DNA from: Bryobacterales bacterium
Lineage (GTDB): Bacteria; Acidobacteriota; Terriglobia; Bryobacterales; Bryobacteraceae
NCBI GenBank assembly: GCA_963718465.1
Contig: CAVQZK010000015.1
Location: 1,184-65,183, forward strand
DNA length: 64,000 nucleotides
Direction: 5' to 3'
Below the pieces are notes generated by a model that saw nothing but the letters and a program-made list of their open reading frames with translations, ran no database searches and was not told the origin of the DNA. The translations under genes were made by a program, and so were the position numbers. Each line of letters begins with the position of its first letter. Position 1 is the first letter of the stretch. Positions 46,410 to 55,728 of the stretch are shown here, in pieces.

Positions 46410-47972
46410 CTAAATCTCCCTCTTCTGAAGGCGCTCTGCAATGTGGTCAGCCGTTCGCGAAGCCAGCGCCATGATCGTCAGCGTTGGATTCTTTTCCGAT
46501 GCCGACGGAAACACGCTCGCATCCACCACATACAAATTCGGCACATCATGCGCCCGGCAAAACGCATCCGTCACCGATGTCCTCGGATCGCTGCCCATGC
46601 GGCATCCGCCAATTTCGTGATTAGTGGATGGGGCCGTACTCACCGAATGAATCTGCGCCCGGCTTGCCGTAAGTATTTCTTTGCAGCGCTCTTTCATGTC
46701 ATTGTGCAATTTCATGTCGATCTCTGAAAGCTTCCAATGCCGCCGCGCTCTTGGCAATCCAAACTCATCAAGCTGTTCATAGTCCAGATCGATAAAGCTC
46801 TCCGCATTCGGCAGCAATTCCTGGTAAGGCGAAAACGTCAAGTAAGCCGGAAAGCGATCGCGCACTGCATCCTTGTATGATTTCCCCATGCCTTTGATCG
46901 TTCGCGCCCAACCTACCGACCGCTGATTCTGGTATCCGAATTGAATGCCGAAGCTACGCGGATAATCGCGCTTCTTATCGTGCATGAACGAAGGAATATA
47001 AGCGTGATCCAAAAAGCCTTCCACATTGCTGTCCGGCTTTCCTATGTACTCCTCCATGAAAACTTCGAAGCCGGCGTTGATGTGTGGAATGAAGTTCTTG
47101 CCCAGTTGGCCGCTTGAGTTCGCCAGCCCAGTCGCAAACCGGTTGGATTTCGACATCATCAACAAGGCCACGCTCTGGGCGCAGGCACAAGCCACCACCA
47201 CTGCCCTGCCCTTGGCCACTCCTTGCTCACGCGTTTCGCGGTCGAAGTAGCGCACTTCTTTCATTTTGGCCTCGTCCGAAACGGCGAGTTCATACACCAC
47301 ACTGTTCTCACGCAGCGTAAGCTTGCCCGTTCGCAGCGCCGGAACCATCTGGACGTCGTATGAGTTGTACTTCGCCACCACATCACAACCTGACATGCAA
47401 TTCCCGCAGAAGTGGCATGCCGGACGCGTCTTCGTGGCCCGGCTTAATGTCGCCTTGCGAACGTGGATGACTTTAACGCCGATCTTCGCGGCGCCACTCT
47501 GAATGGCCTTGTCGGTACACTTCAACGGAACGGGCGGCAGAAAGACACCATCCGGTAGATCTTCCAAATGATCGTAATTGCCGCAGACACCCACTTCGCG
47601 CTCCACCCGGTCGTAGAACGGTTTCATGTCGGCGTAATCGATCGGCCAGTCTTCGCCGGCGCCATCATGTTGCCGTCCTTTGAAATCGCGTTGGCTAAAC
47701 CGCAGAGCCACTGCGTTCCAAAGCATCGTCTTGCCGCCGAGGCCGCGGCTGCGTTCCGTATCGAAGCCGGGTTTGCCCGGCTTCATGGTGGGAATGTGCC
47801 GTCCGGGAAACTCGAAAGGAAGTGCGTGCGTGTTGAAATCCGTACGAGTGTTTACCTTGGGGCCGCCTTCAACCACCAGTACGTCCGCGCCCAGTTCAGC
47901 AAGCCTCGCGGAAAGTGTTCCGCCGCCCGCGCCCGAACCTACCACTACTACATCGTAAATTTTATCTGCCAT
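46410..47972 (-). CDS. GMC-family FAD-dependent oxidoreductase
   Basis: N-terminal Rossmann motif YDVVVVGSGAGGGTLSARLAE and GMC C-terminal region (HEIGGCRMG..NLYVVDASVFP). No signal peptide of its own. Confidence 0.9.
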   Translation of the reverse strand: MADKIYDVVVVGSGAGGGTLSARLAELGADVLVVEGGPKVNTRTDFNTHALPFEFPGRHIPTMKPGKPGFDTERSRGLGGKTMLWNAVALRFSQRDFKGRQHDGAGEDWPIDYADMKPFYDRVEREVGVCGNYDHLEDLPDGVFLPPVPLKCTDKAIQSGAAKIGVKVIHVRKATLSRATKTRPACHFCGNCMSGCDVVAKYNSYDVQMVPALRTGKLTLRENSVVYELAVSDEAKMKEVRYFDRETREQGVAKGRAVVVACACAQSVALLMMSKSNRFATGLANSSGQLGKNFIPHINAGFEVFMEEYIGKPDSNVEGFLDHAYIPSFMHDKKRDYPRSFGIQFGYQNQRSVGWARTIKGMGKSYKDAVRDRFPAYLTFSPYQELLPNAESFIDLDYEQLDEFGLPRARRHWKLSEIDMKLHNDMKERCKEILTASRAQIHSVSTAPSTNHEIGGCRMGSDPRTSVTDAFCRAHDVPNLYVVDASVFPSASEKNPTLTIMALASRTADHIAERLQKREI

Positions 47973-49126
47973 TACTTCGTTTTGTTCTCAAACAGAAAGA
48001 GCCCGCTCTTGCCCGCCACTACAAAATCCAGATCGCCGTCTCCATCTATATCGACCGCCGGAATCTGAATGCCTCCGCCCGTGCGGCTGCCGTAATCAAT
48101 CACGTGCTTCACCCATTCAATTTGTTTTGTCTGGGGCACTATCAGCCGTTCATACCAATAGACACCTAACGGTTCGCGCGCGCCCGGATCATGTCCGTTG
48201 TGCGCCATGTAGCGCTTACTGGTGAGCAGCCCTAGATTCTTACCACCGCGAAAATCGACGATTGTCATCGCGTGCGGCTGCGACCAGCTATCGTCTATTA
48301 TGTGCTTCTCCCATGTTCCATCGGCTTTCTTCTCAAGCCAAAAGATGCCGTAGCCATGCGCCACTGACGTAATAATATCGGGACGCCCGTCGCCGTTCAC
48401 ATCGGCAACGTAGATGAATCCTAAATCGCCCAGCTTCCAATCGGGATGGAACGTCCAATTGCCTCCGCGTGGATCGGCCGGAGCTTCCAGCCAGCCATTA
48501 GGCGTAAGAATATCGTTGCGGCCATCTCCGTTCACGTCGCCAACTCCGATGCCATGCCCGTAACTGCGCGAGCTGACAACGTGTTTCGCAATGCCCCCAT
48601 GATGGTCTCGCTCATACCAGGCCAGCGGCATTTTCTCGTCGCCGAACTGCGGCAGAATTTCATCCGCTTTGCCATCGTTGTCCAAATCCACTAAAAATGT
48701 AAATTCAATGGGCGAGGTCGTCTCTATCGGGTGCTCCTCCCAAGTGCCGCCGGTCGTCCCTGGGTTCCGCCACCAAGCCAGCTTCTTGCTGAACCATCCT
48801 GAAGTTACCAGGTCAACATGCCCATCGCCATCCACATCCAGCGGCAGCGTGCTCAGATCGTCAATATAGAAATTCGTGTAGCTGATATTCCGGAAATGAT
48901 GCTTGGTCCAGTGCGGCGCTTCATACCAGTTCTCGCCCGAAACAATGTCTAACTTGCCGTCGCCGTTGATATCGGCAACGGCCGCCGATTCGCTTGAACC
49001 CAAATCGAGAGTGTGCTTCTCGAACGGTATCTCATCCGGGCGCGAGACTTGATAGCCAAGCAAGAGTGAGGCAGCCCCGAAAAAGGCGGCGATTTGAATT
49101 TTAGATCTCAATAGGGATATCATCAT
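47972..49126 (-). CDS. FG-GAP/VCBS-repeat protein (N-terminal anchor or signal)
   Basis: Six DxDGDG-type repeats (DINGDGKLD, DVDGDGHVD, DLDNDGKAD, DVNGDGRND, DVNGDGRPD, DIDGDGDLD). The likely start at 49126 gives MMISLLRSKIQIAAFFGAASLLLG. The stop overlaps the GMC ATG (TAATG). Confidence 0.82.
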   Translation of the reverse strand: MMISLLRSKIQIAAFFGAASLLLGYQVSRPDEIPFEKHTLDLGSSESAAVADINGDGKLDIVSGENWYEAPHWTKHHFRNISYTNFYIDDLSTLPLDVDGDGHVDLVTSGWFSKKLAWWRNPGTTGGTWEEHPIETTSPIEFTFLVDLDNDGKADEILPQFGDEKMPLAWYERDHHGGIAKHVVSSRSYGHGIGVGDVNGDGRNDILTPNGWLEAPADPRGGNWTFHPDWKLGDLGFIYVADVNGDGRPDIITSVAHGYGIFWLEKKADGTWEKHIIDDSWSQPHAMTIVDFRGGKNLGLLTSKRYMAHNGHDPGAREPLGVYWYERLIVPQTKQIEWVKHVIDYGSRTGGGIQIPAVDIDGDGDLDFVVAGKSGLFLFENKTK

Positions 49127-49132
49127 CGGCGG

Positions 49133-49147
49133 GACAGCGTTGCTGTC
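49133..49147. promoter_or_regulatory. Inverted repeat GACAGC-GTT-GCTGTC in the 58-bp divergent gap
   Basis: Read directly. It lies 7 nt upstream of the FG-GAP start and 38 nt upstream of GTG 49185. Confidence 0.3.
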
Positions 49148-49184
49148 ATTTAGGAAGCTGTAGCTTATCAAAACGGGAGCGCAC

Positions 49185-50021
49185 GTGAAATTTGGAGTTA
49201 ATACTTTTTTGTGGACCGCGAACTTTGGGCCGGACCATTTCCATTTACTACCACAGATCCGCGAGCACGGTTTCGACGGCGTTGAGGTTGCCCTCATCCG
49301 CCCAGCCGATTTCCGCGCCTCTGAAATTCGCCGCGCGCTCGAACAGAATCAGCTAGGATGTACCGTCTGTTCCGTGCTGCCTGGAAACTTGAGCCTTCTT
49401 TCCGAAGATAACTCAGTCGTCGAGAACACCGTCAGCCACCTGCGCGAATGCGTCAAAGCCACGGCTGAAGCCGGAGCAACATACATCGCCGGGCCGCTCT
49501 ATTCGCCGGTAGGTTTTCTTCCCGGCCGGCGGCGCAACACGGACGAATGGAAGCGCGCCGTCGAAAGCTATCACAAGCTAGGCGACACCCTGACGGAATA
49601 CAAAGTGCAAGTCTGCATTGAGCCGCTGAACCGGTTCGAAACCTATTTTCTGAACACCACTGCGGACGCTGTGAAGCTATGCTCCGAAATCAATCACGCC
49701 AACGTTGGCATTCTCTGGGACACTTTCCACGCCAATATCGAAGAGAAAGATCCCGCCGAGGCTTTGCGTTCAACCGGCAAATATTTGAAGCATGTTCACA
49801 CCTGTGAGAACGATCGCGGCACGCCCGGCAGCGGACACGTGAATTGGCCCAGTATCTTCGCCGCATTACGCGACCTGAAATACGATAGCTGGCTTACCAT
49901 TGAGAGCTTCGGCTTCTCATTGGGCGATCTTTCAGCGGCCGCCTCCATTTGGCGCGATTTGGCCAAAAATCCCGAAGACATTGCCTGGGATGGCGTGAAG
50001 TTCCTTAAAGCATCGGCTTAA
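49185..50021 (+). CDS. Xylose-isomerase-like TIM-barrel sugar (phosphate) isomerase/epimerase
   Basis: MKFGVNTFLW.., CIEPLNRFETYFLNT, ILWDTFHANIEE, TIESFG. The metal ligands follow an E/D/H/E pattern, as in ketose 3-epimerase-like proteins. Confidence 0.85.
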   Translation: MKFGVNTFLWTANFGPDHFHLLPQIREHGFDGVEVALIRPADFRASEIRRALEQNQLGCTVCSVLPGNLSLLSEDNSVVENTVSHLRECVKATAEAGATYIAGPLYSPVGFLPGRRRNTDEWKRAVESYHKLGDTLTEYKVQVCIEPLNRFETYFLNTTADAVKLCSEINHANVGILWDTFHANIEEKDPAEALRSTGKYLKHVHTCENDRGTPGSGHVNWPSIFAALRDLKYDSWLTIESFGFSLGDLSAAASIWRDLAKNPEDIAWDGVKFLKASA

Positions 50022-50029
50022 ACAGGTGC

Positions 50030-51985
50030 CTACCGCTCCGCCACGATGGAAGGTAAGGGCGCATGGCTGAGAGCCATAACTGCCCACGCTGTACCTATGC
50101 TGGATATCCACTGATCGTGATCGAATGGTAAGCCGCTTTGGAAATAAGGCTGGAACTTTGGTGCGCGGCTACGCACGTACCAGGAGCCATCCGGGAATTG
50201 GGTCCGCATCAGGAACGTAATACCGCGCTGGTAAGCCGCTGCGTTTTCTTTGAGAAGACCCGTCCGGAATAGCGTTTCAAGTACCAGCCCAGTGGCGTAG
50301 GCATCCGACGGGAGATACTGTGTTTGCGCCCAACCGCCATCCTCACGCTGCAACTTCAGCATCCGGTCGGCATCGGTACGTAATTCACTGGTTGAGACTC
50401 CCGCAGCGTGCAGCCCTAGTATCCGGTCGGCGTGCTCGTAAGTAGTCTCAGGCGTTGCCCCCTGAAGCCAGAGCTTTGCCTTTTGAACACGGCTGTCGAA
50501 CTCGGTCTGACGAGCTGGCCAGGAATACTTCCTGAGAATCTCGATTGCATTAGCAGTACGGGATATCGTGCTCTCCGCTAAAGGAGGGCGGGCGACGCCA
50601 AAATTGATCCAGGCGCCGGATGGATCCTGGCGAGCCGCCAAGAAGTGGACCATCATGTCTAAGAATTCGTTCGGAGGTTCATTCAGATCGACGTTCGTGG
50701 CCATCAGCGAAAGCACCGTGTCCTGGTCTCCGCCGAATGTGGTCAGGAAAGGCAGAGCGGGTGCGAGTCTTGGGCGAATAGACAGCTCAGCATCGAGGAA
50801 GGATTTTCGTAAACCAGAGTCGGAGGTCAGATTAGCGTTCTTAGCGGCTATGTATGCCCGAGCGTGAGCGGGCTGATGGTGGCATCCCGCACAGCCTCCT
50901 CCCGCTTGAAAGAAATCCGATTTACCGAACAGCGCCAAAGCACGGCCGATACTGTCGCTCGGATTACCGATTTCCGAACGCGATGGCGGAACCGGCGCGG
51001 GCGCAAGATCGTGGCCTTGGGCTCCCGCGGCCAGCAACATCGACATAATCTCCGGGTTGCCGAGCTTGCGAGCCCAATCCAGCGCAGAGTCGCCATACTT
51101 GTCTTTGGCTTGAATGTCTGCTCCAGCCGCGATAAGCCGGCGCACCGTAACCGGCTGCGCATGGTCCGTCGCTATCGAAAGCATTAGCGGCGTCATGTTC
51201 CGGCTATCTTTTTCGTTAATATGCGCACCGGCCTTCAGCAAGCAAGTGATGGTCTCCTGATCGCTGAACGGAACTGCGGTCATAAGCGCTGACATATGAG
51301 TAAGACCGATCGGGCCATTCTTGACCATCCCGGCGAATGTATTCAATGCGTTCGGGTCACTGCCCGCCTCAAGAAGCATACTGATCCGCTTAGCGTCGGA
51401 AAACGTCGTGGCGTTCATGAGCGCTGTGCTGCCGGCCTTATCGGCTCGCTTCGCATTGGCCCCTCGATCCAACAGCAACTTGACCATGTCGGTATCTCCG
51501 GACAGGGCGGCGCGCATAAGGGCGTCTTCGCCGTCAGCGGTCTGGGCCTGCACATCAGCTCCCTTATCCAGTAAATACCGAAGCGTGGCGACGTTTTCAT
51601 GCGCGGCGGCGGCCACTAAAAGGGGCGTTATCCCTTGATTTGTCGCAACGTTAATCGCTGCCCCGTGTTCAACCAACAGCCGCGTGCGTTCGAAACTCCA
51701 CGCGGCCAAAACCAGTGGGGTGGCGCCGGACTGATTCCGGGTATTTGGATCCGCGGCATTATCCAGCAGAAACTTAAGTGCCTCGACCGACCCATAGATC
51801 GCAGCGTAATGCAGCGGCGTCGCTTTCAAACCGTTAGCAGTGTTGGCTGCCTCGCGCGACTGGACCATCTGGTGTAACTTAGCCAGATCGTTCGAACGGA
51901 TAGCTCCCTTGATGTCATCGAATGTTGGAACCCCAGCGGCCGCAAACAGCGCGGCGGCAACGAGAACGCCCAGCAGCTTTCTCAT
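50030..51985 (-). CDS. Exported ankyrin-repeat protein with a single CxxCH motif and C-terminal prenyltransferase/squalene-cyclase-like repeats
   Basis: Signal peptide. About 8 ankyrin repeats (TPLHYAAIYGSVEALKFLLDNAADPN and others). GGCAGCHH heme-c-type motif. QW-like repeats ARQDPSGAW, LQREDGGWAQ, RTQFPDGSWY. Confidence 0.8.
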   Translation of the reverse strand: MRKLLGVLVAAALFAAAGVPTFDDIKGAIRSNDLAKLHQMVQSREAANTANGLKATPLHYAAIYGSVEALKFLLDNAADPNTRNQSGATPLVLAAWSFERTRLLVEHGAAINVATNQGITPLLVAAAAHENVATLRYLLDKGADVQAQTADGEDALMRAALSGDTDMVKLLLDRGANAKRADKAGSTALMNATTFSDAKRISMLLEAGSDPNALNTFAGMVKNGPIGLTHMSALMTAVPFSDQETITCLLKAGAHINEKDSRNMTPLMLSIATDHAQPVTVRRLIAAGADIQAKDKYGDSALDWARKLGNPEIMSMLLAAGAQGHDLAPAPVPPSRSEIGNPSDSIGRALALFGKSDFFQAGGGCAGCHHQPAHARAYIAAKNANLTSDSGLRKSFLDAELSIRPRLAPALPFLTTFGGDQDTVLSLMATNVDLNEPPNEFLDMMVHFLAARQDPSGAWINFGVARPPLAESTISRTANAIEILRKYSWPARQTEFDSRVQKAKLWLQGATPETTYEHADRILGLHAAGVSTSELRTDADRMLKLQREDGGWAQTQYLPSDAYATGLVLETLFRTGLLKENAAAYQRGITFLMRTQFPDGSWYVRSRAPKFQPYFQSGLPFDHDQWISSIGTAWAVMALSHAPLPSIVAER

Positions 51986-52324
51986 GCAATATCTCCTCTT
52001 AGGTGTGACTTATGGTTGCACATTCAAGGCCATATCTCCAGCGTGCCGTTCAGCGACGTTCGGCGATGAGTACTGCTTCGAAGCGGCGATCTGAAAACGA
52101 AGGTACCGGCCTACTTCGGTACTTGACATTAGCGTTACGTCCAATTTACGGGTCGCCGCAGTTCACACATCGGCCCATGAATCACGTTGCGGCTCAATCA
52201 CTTGCACGCTGATCTGATTTTGATATCAATTTGAGGTGTAATCGATAGCCTCATCTCGCTTCGCCCACAATACTTGGCACGAGCGTGTCCGATCCAGCCA
52301 GGGCGCTCTCCTACAGGAGGGTTG

Positions 52325-53314
52325 ATGACGATCCGTTCCGAGGTTCTCTCGTGCATCGCGCTGGTATTCGGCAGCGGCGTAGCTTTCGGAGAAAGCGCCT
52401 TTGTCACTGCTGTTCGACATGCTCAGCAGGTGGCCGACGCCGGACAATACAATGCTGCTGTCCAGGCGCTCGAAAACAGCCTGAAGGAGTATGAAGCCAG
52501 CAGCGGCGACACGCGCACGCTCGCTATTGCTCTGAGTGAATTGGGACGATTGTACACGGAGGTCGGCAGACCCTCGGAAGCCAGGAGATTGCTGATCCGA
52601 TCAGTAGAGCTGTTCCAGCGGCAGTTAGGCGCCGGCTTCCAGGAAGCTGAAAAGGCCATGATTAATCTGGCCAATGTTTATATAACGCAGCGGGACTTTG
52701 CCCGAGCTCAAAAGCTTCTGGAGGAGGTCCTCCAGAACCAGACGGCCGTTGTCGATCAGGTCGATGCCACGCGCGGGACGATCTATACCAACCTCGCCAG
52801 TGTCCATTTGGCGCGAGGACATTGGGCAGAAGCCGAACAGTGGGCCCGTAAAGCCGTCGCAGTCCTGACGGGTGAAACCAGCCCGAGTCCAGTCAAGATC
52901 GCAGCGGCGCAACATATTCTGGCCCTCGTTAAAGCGGCTGCGGGCGACACGCAAGGCTCCATCGCCGAAGTCAGCGAGACTATAACGGGCCTCACGCGGG
53001 CTGGGTTCGCCAATCATCCGGAGATTGTGCCTCATCTGCTGAATCTTGCAAGCCTCCGTATTCAACTGCGGGAGTGGCCGGTCGCCGAGATTTCCCTGGA
53101 TCGGGCGCTCGCTATTGTGGAGGCTAGTTTAGGCGCCACGCATCCATGGCGATTGGAAGCGCTAAAAATGCAGGCGAGAGTTTACCGCGAGACGGGCAGG
53201 CGGCTGGATGCAAAACGCGCCATGAAGTCAGCGGAGTCGATCATGTCCGCTTCTCGCGCCCCGGACTCGTTCGACGGTCTGATCAGTGTTGAGGATCTGA
53301 TCCGGCATCGCTAA
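52325..53314 (+). CDS. Exported tetratricopeptide-repeat protein
   Basis: ATG 52325 is preceded by AGGAGGG. Signal-like MTIRSEVLSCIALVFGSGVAFG. Multiple TPR_10/12-like units (LAIALSELGRLYTEVGRPSEA..). Confidence 0.78.
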   Translation: MTIRSEVLSCIALVFGSGVAFGESAFVTAVRHAQQVADAGQYNAAVQALENSLKEYEASSGDTRTLAIALSELGRLYTEVGRPSEARRLLIRSVELFQRQLGAGFQEAEKAMINLANVYITQRDFARAQKLLEEVLQNQTAVVDQVDATRGTIYTNLASVHLARGHWAEAEQWARKAVAVLTGETSPSPVKIAAAQHILALVKAAAGDTQGSIAEVSETITGLTRAGFANHPEIVPHLLNLASLRIQLREWPVAEISLDRALAIVEASLGATHPWRLEALKMQARVYRETGRRLDAKRAMKSAESIMSASRAPDSFDGLISVEDLIRHR

Positions 53315-53322
53315 AACAGTCG

Positions 53323-55512
53323 TCATTTGTGGAGTCCTTCCACCAGCATCAAGTCTGCACCCGCGGTGCTGCCGCGTCCAAACAGGAGCTGGCTTTCGTC
53401 TGGCGATGGCGACATATAAAATACGGACGCACCCACTTCAGCGACTTTGCAGATATGGCCTGAGGCCAAATCATACGAGTAGATAGCCTCTCCAAATCCG
53501 TAAGTGTTTGGGCCGCGGACAAAATACATTCGTCGCGAGCCCATTGCCAAGCTGGCACTGTTATTCACAAGGGCGGGAAATAATCGTTCCTCCGTACCGC
53601 CGACGAGCGGCATGCGCCACACATATCCTACCCCGGACTCGTCCCTGCCATAGTAAAGGTATTTGCCATCGGGCGATTCGAAGGGATTGACGCCGCCGTT
53701 GCGGGTGATTTGAGTCGGTTCTCCTCCGGCTGTAGCGATTTTCCAGACCTCTTGCCTTCCGGTGCGGTCGGAGTCGAAGTAGATCCAGGCTCCATCTGAG
53801 GACCAGTGCCCATTCACGTCCGACCAAGGGTGATCTGGCGTGATGCGCCGCGTTGAGCCGGTCTCGACATCAGCGACAAACAGGTGATAGCTTTTATTTT
53901 CCGAACGGTTGAATAGGATATGCACGCCATCGGGCGAAAATCGCGTAGCGAGAACGCCTCCAGTATGCGTCACCTGACGGAGATGGGATCCGTCAGTTGC
54001 GGCGATCCAGGCTTCGAAGTCTCCAGTTCGGGTCGATACGAAGACGATGTGTTTGCCGTCGCGCGCGTAGTCTCCACCCCCATCGAGATGTGTGGATACT
54101 ATGAACGGTCTGGCGTTCAGACCAGTGCCGTCCGGTCGTAAATCCATTTGCCAGACATGGCCGTCGATCGTATCGAGAGATAGGGCCAAACGCCTTCCGT
54201 CGCGTGCCAGGACGCCTGATCCGAGCCTGGTTCCGGGCCCACCAGCAGACGCAACCCTCATAACCTGGAGATTCCCCGAAGGCGACCAGCGGTCAAGAGT
54301 GAAGTCCGGAGTTTGCGGTAAGACCAGCAACTGGTTTCCAACCCAGCCTAAAGGACCAACGCTAGGCCCATTGATAACAAGCAGCTGACGTCCAGCCGGC
54401 AAACCATTGCCGTCGAGCCCGACAGCTAAAACTTGCGAAGCGCGCTGCCCGTTATCTTGGCGGAAGGCAAGCCATCGTCCATCCGCGCTGATCCGGGGCA
54501 AGGAATGCCATTCGCGCGGTGCCGGAAAGGTCATTTGAGTGCGCCGGCTTGAGCGCGCATTGATTCTCCACAAGGCCGCGTACTCACCCGCGCCGGCATC
54601 TGAAAAGATTACGTAGTTTCCATCGGGACTCCAGGCCAGCAGATCAGAGCGGTCGAGCAGGTCAGCCGTGTGCGGGTATGTGATACTGGTCAGCCTTTGA
54701 GGTTCGCCTCCGGTGGGTGGCACGAGCATAAGGTCCATGTGCGTTTCTGAAGACGAACGCAGGTACGCGATTACGGAACCATTCGGAGACCAGGCAGGAC
54801 TAAACTCATTAGCTGGAGTTGCGGCCACGTCCACCGATTCCGCACTTCCTACCGCCAGCACACAAATGTCGGATTGTGAAGCTCCGGGCTGCCGGCGTTC
54901 GAATGCCACTTGCGATCCGTCCGGTGAGAACGATGGCGAGCGCTCGATTCCCGGATAACTGGTCAAGGGGGTCAGATGCAGCAGTTCGGGATCTGGTGTT
55001 GTGAACCAGCGATGGTATGCAATCCACAAAACAAGCAAGAGAAGAGCTGGCGATCCGGCGATTCCTGCACGGGCGGCAATGTTCGTGGTGCGACTTCTAC
55101 CCTCGGCAACAGCCGGCGGGATAGTTGATTCGGGTGTTTTATTATCGATGCCGGAGCCAGCCGCGGAAGAGTCCATTCTCTCGACGTTGGCGAGAAAACG
55201 ATATCCATGTCGTGGTACCGTCTCGATGTACCGCGGATCAGCCGCCGAGTCGGACAGAGCCTGCCGCACTTTGTTAACGGCAGTGTTCAATCCTTTGTCG
55301 AAATCGACAAAGGTGTCTCCAGGCCAGAGCCGATTTCGCAGTTCCTCACGCTTAACGAGTTCGCCGGGTCGTTCCAACAACGCCAACAGAACCTCGAACG
55401 GCTGCTCATGCAGTTTTATCCGAGTTCCGTTCTTGCGGATTTCACGCGAATCGGGTGTGACCTGATACGCAGCAAATCGATAACAGAGACGCGCATAATT
55501 TTGGGCGGCCAT
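53323..55512 (-). CDS. Membrane-anchored winged-helix (OmpR/CadC-type) regulator fused to a TolB-like beta-propeller
   Basis: N-terminal Trans_reg_C (FEVLLALLERPGELVKREELRNRLWP..ETVPRHGYRF), one TM (LLLLVLWIAY), then PD40-type repeats (SPSFSPDGSQVAF, AWSPNGSVIAY, RFSPDGVHILF, ..). Confidence 0.88.
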   Translation of the reverse strand: MAAQNYARLCYRFAAYQVTPDSREIRKNGTRIKLHEQPFEVLLALLERPGELVKREELRNRLWPGDTFVDFDKGLNTAVNKVRQALSDSAADPRYIETVPRHGYRFLANVERMDSSAAGSGIDNKTPESTIPPAVAEGRSRTTNIAARAGIAGSPALLLLVLWIAYHRWFTTPDPELLHLTPLTSYPGIERSPSFSPDGSQVAFERRQPGASQSDICVLAVGSAESVDVAATPANEFSPAWSPNGSVIAYLRSSSETHMDLMLVPPTGGEPQRLTSITYPHTADLLDRSDLLAWSPDGNYVIFSDAGAGEYAALWRINARSSRRTQMTFPAPREWHSLPRISADGRWLAFRQDNGQRASQVLAVGLDGNGLPAGRQLLVINGPSVGPLGWVGNQLLVLPQTPDFTLDRWSPSGNLQVMRVASAGGPGTRLGSGVLARDGRRLALSLDTIDGHVWQMDLRPDGTGLNARPFIVSTHLDGGGDYARDGKHIVFVSTRTGDFEAWIAATDGSHLRQVTHTGGVLATRFSPDGVHILFNRSENKSYHLFVADVETGSTRRITPDHPWSDVNGHWSSDGAWIYFDSDRTGRQEVWKIATAGGEPTQITRNGGVNPFESPDGKYLYYGRDESGVGYVWRMPLVGGTEERLFPALVNNSASLAMGSRRMYFVRGPNTYGFGEAIYSYDLASGHICKVAEVGASVFYMSPSPDESQLLFGRGSTAGADLMLVEGLHK

Positions 55513-55728
55513 GCAACAAAATCACGAATGACTCGCAGTCTATCACCTTGGCAGCACTAGGGTGCCGGAGTTCCGAATCCTCCTCGTAACGGGCGTGATC
55601 TTTCGACAGGCCGATACTCAACTGAGCGTTCGACAGCTATACCAAGTCGCGAGCTCAACACGGAGGATTTACGTGTGGTGGTGTCCAACAGAGATTGCGA
55701 CAACATTAAGCATCTTCGGGCTGCCGAG

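Noticed and set aside
52100-52130. A hairpin GTACCG-N8-CGGTAC lies in the gap between the ankyrin gene and the TPR gene.
   Set aside because: The stem is only 6 bp, there is no T-tract, and it lies upstream of both divergent genes. It is not a terminator and too weak to call regulatory.
55561-55600. A tRNA T-arm-like string is present (GGAGTTCCGAATCCTCC).
   Set aside because: The loop is one nt too long. There is no matching acceptor stem, D-arm or anticodon arm around it on either strand.
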